DNA of 63,229 bases, counting the filler, from Octopus bimaculoides (lineage: Eukaryota), in NCBI RefSeq assembly GCF_001194135.2. It is 6 parts of 5 records of this genome, joined end to end, with 100 filler letters (N's around TTAATTAATTAA, not from the genome) between each part and the next. Parts side by side here need not be neighbours in the genome. Positions count along the whole stretch, not along the records: positions 1 to 24,424 come from NC_068981.1; positions 24,525 to 51,344 come from NC_068981.1; 4 more parts are not named here. One strand, written 5' to 3'. The notes beneath the pieces are model-generated. The model worked only from the letters and a program-made list of their open reading frames with translations. It was not told the DNA's origin and ran no database searches. The first letter of the stretch is position 1. Each line of letters begins with the position of its first letter. This document shows, in pieces, positions 13,361 through 26,983 of the stretch. Made by a program: the position numbers and the translations under genes.

Positions 13361-14820
13361 GCATATACATACATGGGGATGTTTGCATGTGTATATATTG
13401 CGTGCGAGTGTGTATATACATTTTGCGTGTATGTCTGAAAGTATCTGTGTGTATATGCGTATAGGAGTGTAATGAAATTGTTTCATCTATTCATGTATTT
13501 GTTCATTATATTAATGATATAAGTGTATAAGTATTTTGAATTACATGTATTCACCGGATTACAAGCACATATAATATATTCCCTGATGATCAGTCAATGT
13601 GTAAAACGTAATATCAAACATACAACAAAGTTGGGTAGCCTAGCATTAATTCAGATAATTACACCTGAAAACAGGCGGAGACATACCCGGACACTCATAA
13701 ACTCTCACACAGATACACACTCACATTTCCAAAGTGATTAACGGAGAAGTACCCATAAAAGTACAGCTATATCAAATGTATATTGTGTACGTAATCATAT
13801 GTATATTGATAAATACATAGAGAAATATATATATATATATATATATANNNNNNNNNNNNNNNNNNNNNNNNNNNNNNNNNNNNNNNNNNNNNNNNNNNNN
13901 NNNNNNNNNNNNNNNNNNNNNNNNNNNNNNNNNNNNNNNNNNNNNNNNNNNNNNNNNNNNNNNNNNNNNNNNNNNNNNNNNNNNNNNNNNNNNNNNNNNN
14001 NNNNNNNNNNNNNNNNNNNNNNNNNNNNNNNNNNNNNNNNNNNNNNNNNNNNNNNNNNNNNNNNNNNNNNNNNNNNNNNNNNNNNNNNNNNNNNNNNNNN
14101 NNNNNNNNNNNNNNNNNNNNNNNNNNNNNNNNNNNNNNNNNNNNNNNNNNNNNNNNNNNNNNNNNNNNNNNNNNNNNNNNNNNNNNNNNNNNNNNNNNNN
14201 NNNNNNNNNNNNNNNNNNNNNNNNNNNNNNNNNNNNNNNNNNNNNNNNNNNNNNNNNNNNNNNNNNNNNNNNNNNNNNNNNNNNNNNNNNNNNNNNNNNN
14301 NNNNNNNNNNNNNNNNNNNNNNNNNNNNNNNNNNNNNNNNNNNNNNNNNNNNNNNNNNNNNNNNNNNNNNNNNNNNNNNNNNNNNNNTTTCAATCAACGA
14401 AAAAAATAAAAAACAGCGAAACGAGTCATGCAACATACAGAGTATACCCCTTCGTCAGCCGTCCCAACCTCACCCACTACGAGCCTCGAAGGCAAGGACA
14501 ACACGCGACCTCGCCGAATCAGTCCCTCCCGCAAAGCAAATTAAATAAAATTTGGGATTTTTTGCGGAGGGTGAAAATGTTAAGAAGAACAGGACAGTGA
14601 GAACAAGACAGTAAAACAATCGGTGAGGGCTGTTGAGCCAAGACGATAGAAAAATTATTATGTACGCTATGAAAGGAAACATGCGAGGCACGTCTTTTCT
14701 TTAGGAAGGAAATGGACAGAAAGATACATACCCTTTCGTCACGTGTCAGCGATGAGAGAGTCAAGGAGGTAGTGTGAAGTGGATAGAGAGGGGGGGGGGC
14801 AGATAGACATGCACACAGAC

Positions 14821-14824
<4 letters not shown>

Positions 14825-14851
<27 letters not shown>

Positions 14852-14867
14852 GTAGATGGATAGATAA

Positions 14868-14920
<53 letters not shown>

Positions 14921-14921
14921 C
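14825..14921. repeat. (GATA)n microsatellite
   Basis: Direct inspection. Further GATA/CTAT/GCTA arrays at 16945-17020 and 23145-23435. Confidence 0.95.
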
Positions 14922-16942
14922 AAATGAGAACATTTTATAAACAAACTTATAAGTGCTGTATGTGACGGTAATCGTCATAAAATATACGATTTCGCAAATG
15001 CAGGAGGTCAATGGGTACAACGGGTAAATAAACTTTAGAAGAAGGAAATACGTGACCAGAAAGGCTTGAATGGGAATCGAAACCGGCGCGTCTCAAATTT
15101 CTCTGAATGCACACATGTATATATGTATGTGTGTGTTTGTGTGTGTGTGTGTATGTGTGTGTGTGTGTGTGTGTGCGTGTGCGCGTATGTATAAATATGT
15201 ATAAATAAATATANNNNNNNNNNNNNNNNNNNNNNNNNNNNNNNNNNNNNNNNNNNNNNNNNNNNNNNNNNNNNNNNNNNNNNNNNNNNNNNNNNNNNNN
15301 NNNNNNNNNNNNNNNNNNNNNNNNNNNNNNNNNNNNNNNNNNNNNNNNNNNNNNNNNNNNNNNNNNNNNNNNNNNNNNNNNNNNNNNNNNNNNNNNNNNN
15401 NNNNNNNNNNNNNNNNNNNNNNNNNNNNNNNNNNNNNNNNNNNNNNNNNNNNNNNNNNNNNNNNNNNNNNNNNNNNNNNNNNNNNNNNNNNNNNNNNNNN
15501 NNNNNNNNNNNNNNNNNNNNNNNNNNNNNNNNNNNNNNNNNNNNNNNNNNNNNNNNNNNNNNNNNNNNNNNNNNNNNNNNNNNNNNNNNNNNNNNNNNNN
15601 NNNNNNNNNNNNNNNNNNNNNNNNNNNNNNNNNNNNNNNNNNNNNNNNNNNNNNNNNNNNNNNNNNNNNNNNNNNNNNNNNNNNNNNNNNNNNNNNNNNN
15701 NNNNNNNNNNNNNNNNNNNNNNNNNNNNNNNNNNNNNNNNNNNNNNNNNNNNNNCTTTGTCAGAAGCAATAGTATAAGACACTCGCCCGATATACTATAG
15801 GGAGGGACTGAATCTGGAACCATGTAGCTGAGAAGAAAATTCCTTTGAAATACAAAATTAATTTCATAGTTAAATATAAGTTTATCTTCTATTTTAAATC
15901 TCTTAGTATACAGCCCCATATATGCGCGTATGAAAGAGTGTAAGTGTGCGTAAGCGCGTGCATGTGTACTTGAGTGTGCGAAAACTTGTTTGCTTCTCCT
16001 TTGCGTTTCCCAGGGTTTCGAACTCTTTGAGTTTGTGGACCCTGAAGAAAATGCAATTTAACTATACTTTTTGTCATTTGAATTTTCTCTAAACTCTACC
16101 TATTACCAGGCCCTGCGCTGGTAATTGATGAGTGAAATGGAGCAGTGTCTTTTCTCACAAAACATACCGAATTTAATGACTTCGTTTCCACAGGGTACTT
16201 TGAAATAGGTTGAGACTCTGGGTCTTGATTTGCAGTTCTTTTTCTTGTTCTGATGCTTCCTCTTCGACAACTTCTTCCTTAGATCGTTCTCTCCAGATAA
16301 ATCTGCTCCTACATCTATACCATCATTTTTGTTATTTCAAGCAGTTGTTTGCTCATACTATTGTGATACCGATTATGGTTTTGATTCTGCGTCAGCAAGT
16401 GATTCAGCATTTTGCTGCTCTGAAACACCGCTTCAAAACTTTTTTAATCATATTTGCAATCTAGAAATACTTCATTCATCCTGGTAACGAAATGTCACGA
16501 TGGATTAATATATTTGGATAACTACGGCACCAATAAAAATGTTTCCATAAAACGGCACATTGGCTGACCAGAAATGAATAAATTTCTTGTGACTTTAATT
16601 AACAATGCGTTTGACACAGTACATTGACTGTCGATCTGGCGGATCTATGTTCGACAATTACGAAAACTCAGAGATAAAATTTTCTTATGCATGTTATCTT
16701 GACACATAACATGTTGCTGTTCTTCACCAACATTCTCAATACCACCATGACCGAACTTTTAATTGTATATTCAGAGCCTGTGTAAAACCGTCGCTGCTTC
16801 GTTCATATAGATGTAATTCTCCGGCAACCAATTGTGGTTATGGTTCTTCTATGAGTATTTTCATAAGTATATACATCCTACGAAGCACATGCACAGTTTG
16901 GCAGAATTGGGAATGGAATGGCACAGGATGTAACCACCCACA

Positions 16943-17022
<80 letters not shown>

Positions 17023-18702
17023 ATATATATATANNNNNNNNNNNNNNNNNNNNNNNNNNNNNNNNNNNNNNNNNNNNNNNNNNNNNNNNNNNNNNNNNNN
17101 NNNNNNNNNNNNNNNNNNNNNNNNNNNNNNNNNNNNNNNNNNNNNNNNNNNNNNNNNNNNNNNNNNNNNNNNNNNNNNNNNNNNNNNNNNNNNNNNNNNN
17201 NNNNNNNNNNNNNNNNNNNNNNNNNNNNNNNNNNNNNNNNNNNNNNNNNNNNNNNNNNNNNNNNNNNNNNNNNNNNNNNNNNNNNNNNNNNNNNNNNNNN
17301 NNNNNNNNNNNNNNNNNNNNNNNNNNNNNNNNNNNNNNNNNNNNNNNNNNNNNNNNNNNNNNNNNNNNNNNNNNNNNNNNNNNNNNNNNNNNNNNNNNNN
17401 NNNNNNNNNNNNNNNNNNNNNNNNNNNNNNNNNNNNNNNNNNNNNNNNNNNNNNNNNNNNNNNNNNNNNNNNNNNNNNNNNNNNNNNNNNNNNNNNNNNN
17501 NNNNNNNNNNNNNNNNNNNNNNNNNNNNNNNNNNNNNNNNNNNNNNNNNNNNNNNNNNNNNNNNNNNNNNNNNNNNNNNNNNNNNNNNNNNNNNNNNNNN
17601 NNNNNNNNNNNNNNNNNNNNNNNNNNNNNNNNNNNNNNNNNNNNNNNNNNNNNNNNNNNNNNNNNNNNNNNNNNNNNNNNNNNNNNNNNNNNNNNNNNNN
17701 NNNNNNNNNNNNNNNNNNNNNNNNNNNNNNNNNNNNNNNNNNNNNNNNNNNNNNNNNNNNNNNNNNNNNNNNNNNNNNNNNNNNNNNNNNNNNNNNNNNN
17801 NNNNNNNNNNNNNNNNNNNNNNNNNNNNNNNNNNNNNNNNNNNNNNNNNNNNNNNNNNNNNNNNNNNNNNNNNNNNNNNNNNNNNNNNNNNNNNNNNNNN
17901 NNNNNNNNNNNNNNNNNNNNNNNNNNNCGTATTGAATAAAAACAACACATGCGAATAAAGAACCGGGAGATTAATTGAAAACCAATATTTGTAAATTCAA
18001 GATATAAAATTTTGAAATAGAAAATATGCTTCAGAGGAATTTACTTTCCATAAAAAATCAATACATTTCTTTCACCTCCTCTCTGTCTCATGCTAGTGCT
18101 TTCACACCTCCTCTTTCTTTTTCTGACTCCCACTACCTCTTTTTTATTGTCCATTCCATCTCTTACCACCTCCTTGTCTTTCTCTATGTGTCGGTGTATA
18201 TTTGTGTTTGCAAAACAAAGAGAGATTATAAGTGGGATTAGTTGTGTAGTGAAAAGTGTGTAGATACAAACCACTTTTGTAACACATACATATGTTTCCA
18301 AGTTAATTTTCCCATATGTGGGTATATATGATCTGAAATACGTACGGTTACCTGCCTGTCTATGTTTCTCTTTGTACGTATATTTCTTAGCGTGCATATG
18401 TATCAGTAATAAAGTAGTTGGTGATAATATACATTTATAGAAACACAGAAAAATGTATATACTTATATATCGTTTATCCTTTATCTTTATATTTCATTTC
18501 TTGCACTGCAACCATGCTGAGGAAATACGTTCTAGTATTTTTGTTTTGATTTCTTTCAGTCGAATGAATTAAACCCAGTACGTAATTATAAGGATGGTAA
18601 TTATTCTATAGTCCCTCCGGCCGGCTCTCAAGAGTTGGTAGATGACAAGCACAAACACACACATGCACACGCACATATATATATTTGTATATATGCATTA
18701 TG

Positions 18703-18772
<70 letters not shown>

Positions 18773-19206
18773 TGCGCGTGTGTGTATACGACAGGCTTCT
18801 TTCAGTTTCCGTCTAGCAAATACGCTCACAAGTCATTAATTGTAGAGGGACTATAGTAGAAGATATTTGCCCAGACTGATTAATCCTGGAAACATATGTT
18901 CGAGAAGCAAACTTCTAAACTCACTGGCACGCCTGTACCTATATATTTATAACAAACATACAGATATGTGAATGTGCCAAGTAGTAAAGAAGGAATTTTT
19001 CCAACATTCCGATATTGCCAGAAAACTCAGTGATATTGTAGAGCATGAAATTTAAACGGGGTTAGCTATGTACAACAACATATTTTGTGCAGTAGTCAAG
19101 TAATCATTCCAGGATCGTTAATTACACTGAATAATATAGAAAGAAGGTGCCGAGCTGTTTACAAATATCACAATATATGTGTATGTGTGTATGTGCATGT
19201 GTGTGA

Positions 19207-19238
<32 letters not shown>

Positions 19239-19260
19239 TTATGTGTGTGCTTGTCTGTGT

Positions 19261-19595
19261 GTGTGGCTGTGTGGTAAGGATCCCGCTTCCCAACTACGTA
19301 GTTTCGAGTTCAGTCCCACTTCGTGACACCTTGGGCAAGTTTCTCCTACTATAGTCTTGTGAGTGAATTTGGTAGACGGAAACTGAAAGATGCCCGTCTG
19401 TCTTTGTGCCTGTATTTGTCCCCCAACACCGCTCGACAACCGGTTGTGGTGTGTTTACATCCCCGTAACGCAGCGGTTCAGCAAATAAGACCGATAGATT
19501 ATGTACTATAAGCCCTGGGTCAATTTGTCTTACTAAAACCCTTCAAGGCGGTGCTCCAGCCTGGCTGCAGTCAAAAGACAGAAACCAGTAAACAT
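19261..19595 (+). mobile_element. tRNA-derived SINE family A (the most abundant family in the window)
   Basis: Head GTGGCTGTGTGGTAAG...GTTCAGTCCCACT, then CCTTGGGCAAGT, GGTAGACGGAAACTGAAAGA and 3' GGCGGTGCTCCAGC shared with many other copies. Confidence 0.88.
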
Positions 19596-21490
19596 ATATA
19601 ATTGCACGCGACGTCTACTTAAACATTATATTCGTTTATTTGCTGTCAATAAAAATTGTTCCCGTATAATTTGTATTAGGGATAGTCTATTATTTTATAC
19701 TGAATGTTTGACATTCTCCTAAATCTTCATTATGTATATATGCATCATAGAATAGTAACCATACTAATAGTAACTGTAACTGTTGAGAAAACATGACTTG
19801 CTCCCTAAATTTACATTCAGTCATAAAGAGTATTGTCTATGAATGTTTGTCAACCAAATGTTTTCCCACAGAGAATTTGTCCAACTCACCTGTAATTAAC
19901 TTAAGACCAGATTTTTGCATCAGTGATATACTTACGTGAAAGCAGGAAATAAAATCCTCTCTTCAGTCGGCCGACAAAATTAGTAGTTCCACGAAAGCAA
20001 CACATACTTCGAATTATTCTAGCGTAACGATATGAAAACCCCACTATATCAAAAAAACTAATACTTCTGTATTTTGTGTTCACCTGAAAATTCTTACATG
20101 CCATCTGATTGTGAACAACTAATAAACCCAAAAAATCAGCACGCTTATTATAAAAGTTTGAAACAATAATTCTACCACAAACGAGCACGCGGTGCAGAAG
20201 GGTGAGATGTATTTCTTCCATCCATTGATGCGCTCTACATGCCTATGTATATATATNNNNNNNNNNNNNNNNNNNNNNNNNNNNNNNNNNNNNNNNNNNN
20301 NNNNNNNNNNNNNNNNNNNNNNNNNNNNNNNNNNNNNNNNNNNNNNNNNNNNNNNNNNNNNNNNNNNNNNNNNNNNNNNNNNNNNNNNNNNNNNNNNNNN
20401 NNNNNNNNNNNNNNNNNNNNNNNNNNNNNNNNNNNNNNNNNNNNNNNNNNNNNNNNNNNNNNNNNNNNNNNNNNNNNNNNNNNNNNNNNNNNNNNNNNNN
20501 NNNNNNNNNNNNNNNNNNNNNNNNNNNNNNNNNNNNNNNNNNNNNNNNNNNNNNNNNNNGTGTATGTGCGCCTCTGTGTGTGTGTCTGTGTGCGCCTGTG
20601 TGTGTGTGTGTGTGCGTGTGTATAGATGGATAGATAGATCAAAATTATTGTTGGAGAGGCACGTACGAAACTGTCACAGGTCGTAAAAATGAGCACCAAG
20701 CATCCCTTAACTTTCAGTTGACTTAATCATAGCAAATCACACGATAAGAGCTACAAACACAAACTCAGCAAGTTGTGACACTCAGTGCATCTAACCAGTG
20801 AAAATAAAATATGTATAAGTTGTATGTACGTTGAAAACGAATGAAAACATGTACGCACACCTGAAACAGTACACGTCTGCAGAAACATACACATTCACAG
20901 TTAGGCGCTATAGAAACTCACACACAAAAGGGTATATACAGAAAAAAGTGTGCTCCTATACATGTACCTGCACAGTAATTTCATCTTAACCTGCCAGCAA
21001 ACGCGTAACAAAATCAAAGGCATTCAAAGTCTAGCAGGCCCGAGCCCATAATACTAGCAATGAACTCGCACAAAACAACTGTAGATCATATGCTAGTATG
21101 CTAAATCTAAAACGAATATTAGAAACAAATGCACTTCAATAAAGACATATACAAACACACCAGCATTACACACATGCACACACGTACTCTCAAAAGAATC
21201 AAGGCACCAATACTTAGATAAACGCACGCAGCGACACTGTGCCTCATACATGCGTGCACGTACTCTAGAACATGAAAAACGAACGAAATGATATCCAAAC
21301 GTTTGTTTTCAGTGATGACAATTTGATAACACATTTTATAGTTACTTTCTCACTTCCTTGTCTCATGCGTTATTGTATTCTAGTGTATATGGCTCCTTCA
21401 TCTACTTCACAACAGTACCCCAACAGGCATGTAACCACAAACACTCATCTACAATAAAAGAAAAATACACACGTACACGCCCAAAACACA

Positions 21491-21541
<51 letters not shown>

Positions 21542-21889
21542 TGCATTTTCGAGTTCTAGTACGCAAATTGATCACAGGGAAAATAATACATCATACTCGC
21601 AAGAATTATTAACACGCACTCATATATAGACATATAAACATGTACGGACTGACAGAACCCGTACACACACAAACACACTCACACACACAAACAAACACAC
21701 AAACTCAGATACAAGCACACACACACACACACACACATACACACACACACACACACACACTCACCTGCAAAATATGCGTGGAAAATACAAGTATCCACTT
21801 ACTTATTGTATGCTGACTTTATACATGTCTGTGCCCATAGCCTACCCCTTCACAATATGACTCCATTTAATATTATCTTCTATCTTTTA

Positions 21890-22145
21890 CTTGTTTCACA
21901 TTAAACTGCGGACTTGTTGGGTACCACCCTGAAGAGCTTTACTCGAACAAATTGACCTCAGGACTTATTTCCTAAGCCTAATACTTATTCTATCGGTTTC
22001 CAATCTAAGTTACGCAGGCATAAACACAGAAACACCGGTGGTGAAGCAGTGGTGGGAGACACACACAGGCACAAGGATGCTCTGACATAAAAGTATACGT
22101 ACTTACATACATACACACACGCACACACATGTATATCTATATCTA

Positions 22146-22186
<41 letters not shown>

Positions 22187-22550
22187 GTCTATATGTATAC
22201 ATATTAAGAGAGAAACAGAGAGAGAGAGAGAGTTTGAGAGAGAGAGAGAGAGAGAGATATGACGGATTGCTACCAGTTTCCGCCTACCAAATCAACTTAC
22301 AAGTCTCTGTACCCCAACAGGTATGTAATAAAAAGCACACACCCACAAATAGCACACACGCACACACCCTCAACACATAGACACACACACGAACTGCGTT
22401 TTCGAGCTAGAGTACGCAAATTAATCATCGTGATCGCAAGGATTTGGTCGGCACGAGACTTCAATGGACGGCTCTAGCCCAAGGTGCCATGCAGTGTGAC
22501 TGAACTCCAAACCATGTGGTTAGGACGCAAACTTCTTACCACACAGCTAC
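21890..22550 (-). mobile_element. SINE family A, diverged, with expanded internal microsatellite and a small insertion at 22309-22426
   Basis: Reverse-complement matches to the family A head (22480-22550) and body (21960-22070). Confidence 0.75.
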
Positions 22551-23087
22551 ATTTTCGAATAAGTTCCTGTTTACGAATATATAATCAAAAGATTATTTAA
22601 AACAAATGATTTTCCTTAATATATAAATTTTACACAATAATCCACTCCCCTTTCCGATATCTAGACACCACTTTCTTTCAAAAGTTTATTTGTGGGATAT
22701 AGGCAAATATTAACGATTCCATACACGCAAAAACACAAATCAGCCACGTCATACCGCAAACAGATGTGTTCACTCTTCAAAATCATTTCTTTTTAAATTA
22801 TGCATAAAATGCCCACACTAACAAATATACATACAAGCAAACATAGTTACGTAAGTGTATGTGAAAGCGAGGTGGAGTATATCCATTTATAGAGGGCAAT
22901 ATAGCATACTAGACAGATAGTAAAACATACTATAAATAGCATGGTAGGTAGATCGTGAAAGAGAGAGGAAGAGAGAGAGAGAGCGAGAGAGAGAAAGAGA
23001 GAGAGATGGATAGATTGACAATAAGACAGACACACAGTGGGGTGGAAAGTTAGATACACATACAGACAGAGTAGTGGCTGGGTAAAT

Positions 23088-23148
<61 letters not shown>

Positions 23149-23374
23149 TATATAGATAGATAGATAGATAGATAGATAAGTAGATAGATAGATAGATAAG
23201 TAGATTGATTGATTGATATACAGACGGAGAGAGAGATAGAGAGATGCTAGACAGACAGATTGGTAGACGGAGAGTGAAGTAGATAGATAGACAGATAGAT
23301 AGATAAATAGATAAGCAGAGGGGGGACAGACAGACTGACAGATAGATAGCTAGCTAGCTAGCTAGCTAGCTAGC

Positions 23375-23434
<60 letters not shown>

Positions 23435-24380
23435 CAGAGCTTCTGTTGACTGTTTTCGTATTCCAATCATTATTTTTCTGCTGCCAGCATCCAGTATTAT
23501 TGCTGTTTTGCGTGCTAATCCGATGCAATCTTGTTAATCACTATAAGTTTCATTTTTTTTTTATTTATTCATTTATTTTAGTTGACCTCTTCCGATATAG
23601 CATCTTACCCTGCATGTTGTAGGCAATAAAATATTTTGCTAACCCGAAAATTTTACACCATAAGTCAACAGTGTTCTACTGAGAAGAAATACTCGGAATA
23701 AAATAATGTTTTACCGTATATTACAGCTTTTAATGATTGTTTCATCTACTGCATAGCATTGCTTCACAATGTACACAGTAGTTTTCTTTCTTTCATTCTT
23801 TATTTATTTATTCCTCCTTCTCCATTTAGAAATCTGTCGGTGCATTCTAGTATTATGTGCAGAGAACGTAAAGTGAAAAAAAATAAATAAATAAAAACAA
23901 CACAGAAGAAATAAATGCTAAAATGAATAAAGATAGAAATGAAAAAATACATGAATAAATAGAAGCAATGAGCCCATTGAACATGTGGCTTTTGATAGAA
24001 TCCTTGTTATAATGCAGATAATGGTATTCCTTTAGTGTTCTCGTACTAAAGAAAAAGAGAGATGGTGGGGAGAAAATAGAGGAACATATCGTTGTAGAGG
24101 GAAAATGGGGAAGAAAGTAAGAAAATGCAGAATATATATATGTGTGTATGTGTGTGTGTGTATATATATACATGTGTGTGTGTGTGTGTGTCTGTGTGTA
24201 GCTTTGTGAGTATGTATGCATTTCTGTATGCATATATGTATGCATGTGTGTGGTTGTATGTATAGACATGTTTGTATGTACGTTTGTGTGAAGAGAAATA
24301 TCTTGTGACAGAGGAAGACTGAATGAGTGTGTTAGTGGGTGAGTGATGTTCATAAAGAAAGAATTGTTGACGCGTGTGCT

Positions 24381-24424
<44 letters not shown>

Positions 24425-24524
24425 NNNNNNNNNNNNNNNNNNNNNNNNNNNNNNNNNNNNNNNNNNNNTTAATTAATTAANNNNNNNNNNNNNNNNNNNN
24501 NNNNNNNNNNNNNNNNNNNNNNNN
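24425..24524. other. Artificial scaffold spacer (44 N + TTAATTAATTAA + 44 N)
   Basis: Identical 100-bp construct with six-frame stops recurs five times. Confidence 0.97.
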
Positions 24525-25387
24525 TTACACCTGGTCGGTTTGGATGACGTGGCTGCAAAACCTCTTCTGTGTAAGCATTCGACTTATTTGGGTACGCTTA
24601 TGTAAAAAACCAATTTTAGAATGACTTTTTTCTGTCAAAACACTAAAAATAACTGACCAACAAAAAAATAAAACCAACCAAGATTCAACCAAATCAAAAA
24701 ATAAACCCAAATACTAAGCGAACAAAGATGAACCATCCCACTTCCATTGTGCATGCACACGCACACACAAACACACACATGTACATGCACATACACACAC
24801 ACACATATATTCACACAGAGTTGAAACGCTGTTTGATTTATTTTTTCAGCGTACAAATTTTCATCATCCTACTACCAAGTATGACATCACCCCTTCCTTT
24901 CTCATTCATAAACACAAGAGTATTATTATAGTAGATTATCTCAGTAACCATGGGAGCTATGAAAGAAAAAAGCCCAGCATCACCACCGGATTATTCTGCA
25001 CACATGTGTAATTTTTCGCGCAATTCCACCCAGCCAAGAAAGAATCGCCCATGTCAAATTTATATGTATAGATATATATTTACAGGAAGTTAATTATGTG
25101 GCTGGTCATAGAATAACCAATGATTTCGCATCTATGAAATGCTTAGCCTTATAGATGACTTGTCAGTCTCCAACATCTGTAGCTATTGGAGTCTGATATG
25201 TTATCTATAAGGCTAAGCACTTTATGGATGCAAAACCATTGGTCACTCTATGATTGGCTATATAATTAACTTCCTGTAAATACATTATTACTCTAACATA
25301 GAGTGTGCTTCTTTTTCGGATATATGATCCACTGACATTATATATTTATATATATATATATTGGCGCAAAGCAGCATTCAGGTATGA

Positions 25388-25566
25388 GCAGAATTTAGCT
25401 TTATTGAAATAGGTGCGTTACATATTTCAACTGCTAAAAGGCAAATACACTGCAGTTACCGTGGAGAAAAAAATCTCTCTTGGATTTTTTCTCCATGGTA
25501 CCTGCGGTGTATTTGCCTCTTAGCAGTTGAAATATGTGATGACCATATTTCAACTAATCTAAATTC

Positions 25567-25569
<3 letters not shown>
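25388..25569. mobile_element. Fold-back palindromic element (probable MITE), about 182 bp
   Basis: Arms such as ACATATTTCAACTGCTAAAAGGCAAATACAC / GTGTATTTGCCTCTTAGCAGTTGAAATATGT pair over about 85 bp around a short loop. Confidence 0.8.
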
Positions 25570-25634
<65 letters not shown>

Positions 25635-26983
25635 CCTATCTCTCTCCCTCTATTGTAATTTAACTTCTCATCAACTGGTACAAAGCCACCTCCCTCAATA
25701 CTACTCCCCTGTCCTAATCAAGGGGTCTTTGTCTTGCAAGTTACTTGGTGACCTGCCAGTGCTGGTGTCACATAAAAAGGACCCAGTAAACTCTCTGAAG
25801 TGTTAGGCTTTAGGAAGGACACCCTTCTAAAGAAAACATACCAAAGCAGACACCATAGCTTGGCTGAGAATTTTAAAAATAGATTCATTAGATAATATTG
25901 CTTTGGGTTTACAAAGCCATATAGTGATCAAGGCTGGGACAATGTTTGATAGTAGGTCTGCTGGATCAAACCTGACTTGGGTTAAAACAACAACATTGAT
26001 CTCTCTAGTTCAGAAGGGCCTGCAAACTGGAGAAATTGATGCGGTTGAAGTTTATGTGAGAGGAGGAAAGAGGGAATTCAAGTTCTAGAAAGGATGAACT
26101 GGGTGAAATTTGGTGCATCGATGTTGAATTAAGACACGGTTGGGGTATTGAGTAGATTAGGTTAGAAATACTGAAAGCATTTTTACAAAGTAGAAGAGTA
26201 AAAGGGTGAATACAGTAAATTGGTGGGCTAGTGGTTGTAAATTGATTATTGGTTAATTAATAATTGCCAATCAACCAAAACAGCCTTGGAAAACAAGTAG
26301 TTTAATCAAGAACCTTTTGTGTAGCAATTGGAGCATCAGGACAAGTACCTGGAAATCAAAAAATAAAAAAAAGATTGTTGATGTATCAGTCAATGCATAG
26401 TTATAAACCAAACTACTCTTAATGTTAGAAGCAGGAGATAATATTTTAAGCTGTGTTTATGGTTTATGGATGACTTGTAAGTAATATTGCTACTACTGTT
26501 AATTCTTGCTTTAATATTGATTTCAAATTTTGTCACAGGTCCAGTAAGTTTGAGGAAGGAGTTAAGTTGATCATATCGATCCCAATACTCAACTGAAACT
26601 TATTTTATTGTCCCTGAATGGATGAAAGGCAAAGCTGACTTTGGTAGCATTTGAATTCAGAGTGTGAAGATGGATGAAATGCTGCTAGGCATTTTGCCTA
26701 GCATGCTACTGATTCTGCCATCTCATCACCTTAACAATTCTAGCTTTCATATTAAAAGGCCTCACTTGTTTATAAGAATATTGACTGAAGTTTTCCAACA
26801 CAACATTTACAGTGACAAGTCCCCTGGTATTCTATAAAATTTCTTTTGGTAAACTGCTGAGTGATTCATATATTCAGATACCAGGCCAAATACAAGCTAT
26901 AAAATGACTTTTTGCTGATATTTTCAGTCATCTTGAAATGCATTCAGATCTGTTCTCTAAAGCCAATGAAAGAGACTCTATGT

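Noticed and set aside
6927-20699. Long ORFs of 150-370 aa in the supplied track
   Set aside because: They consist of X (N gaps) and dinucleotide-repeat translations.
24469-24480. TTAATTAATTAA as a conserved motif or piggyBac target
   Set aside because: Always centred in 100-bp N spacers; an artificial linker.
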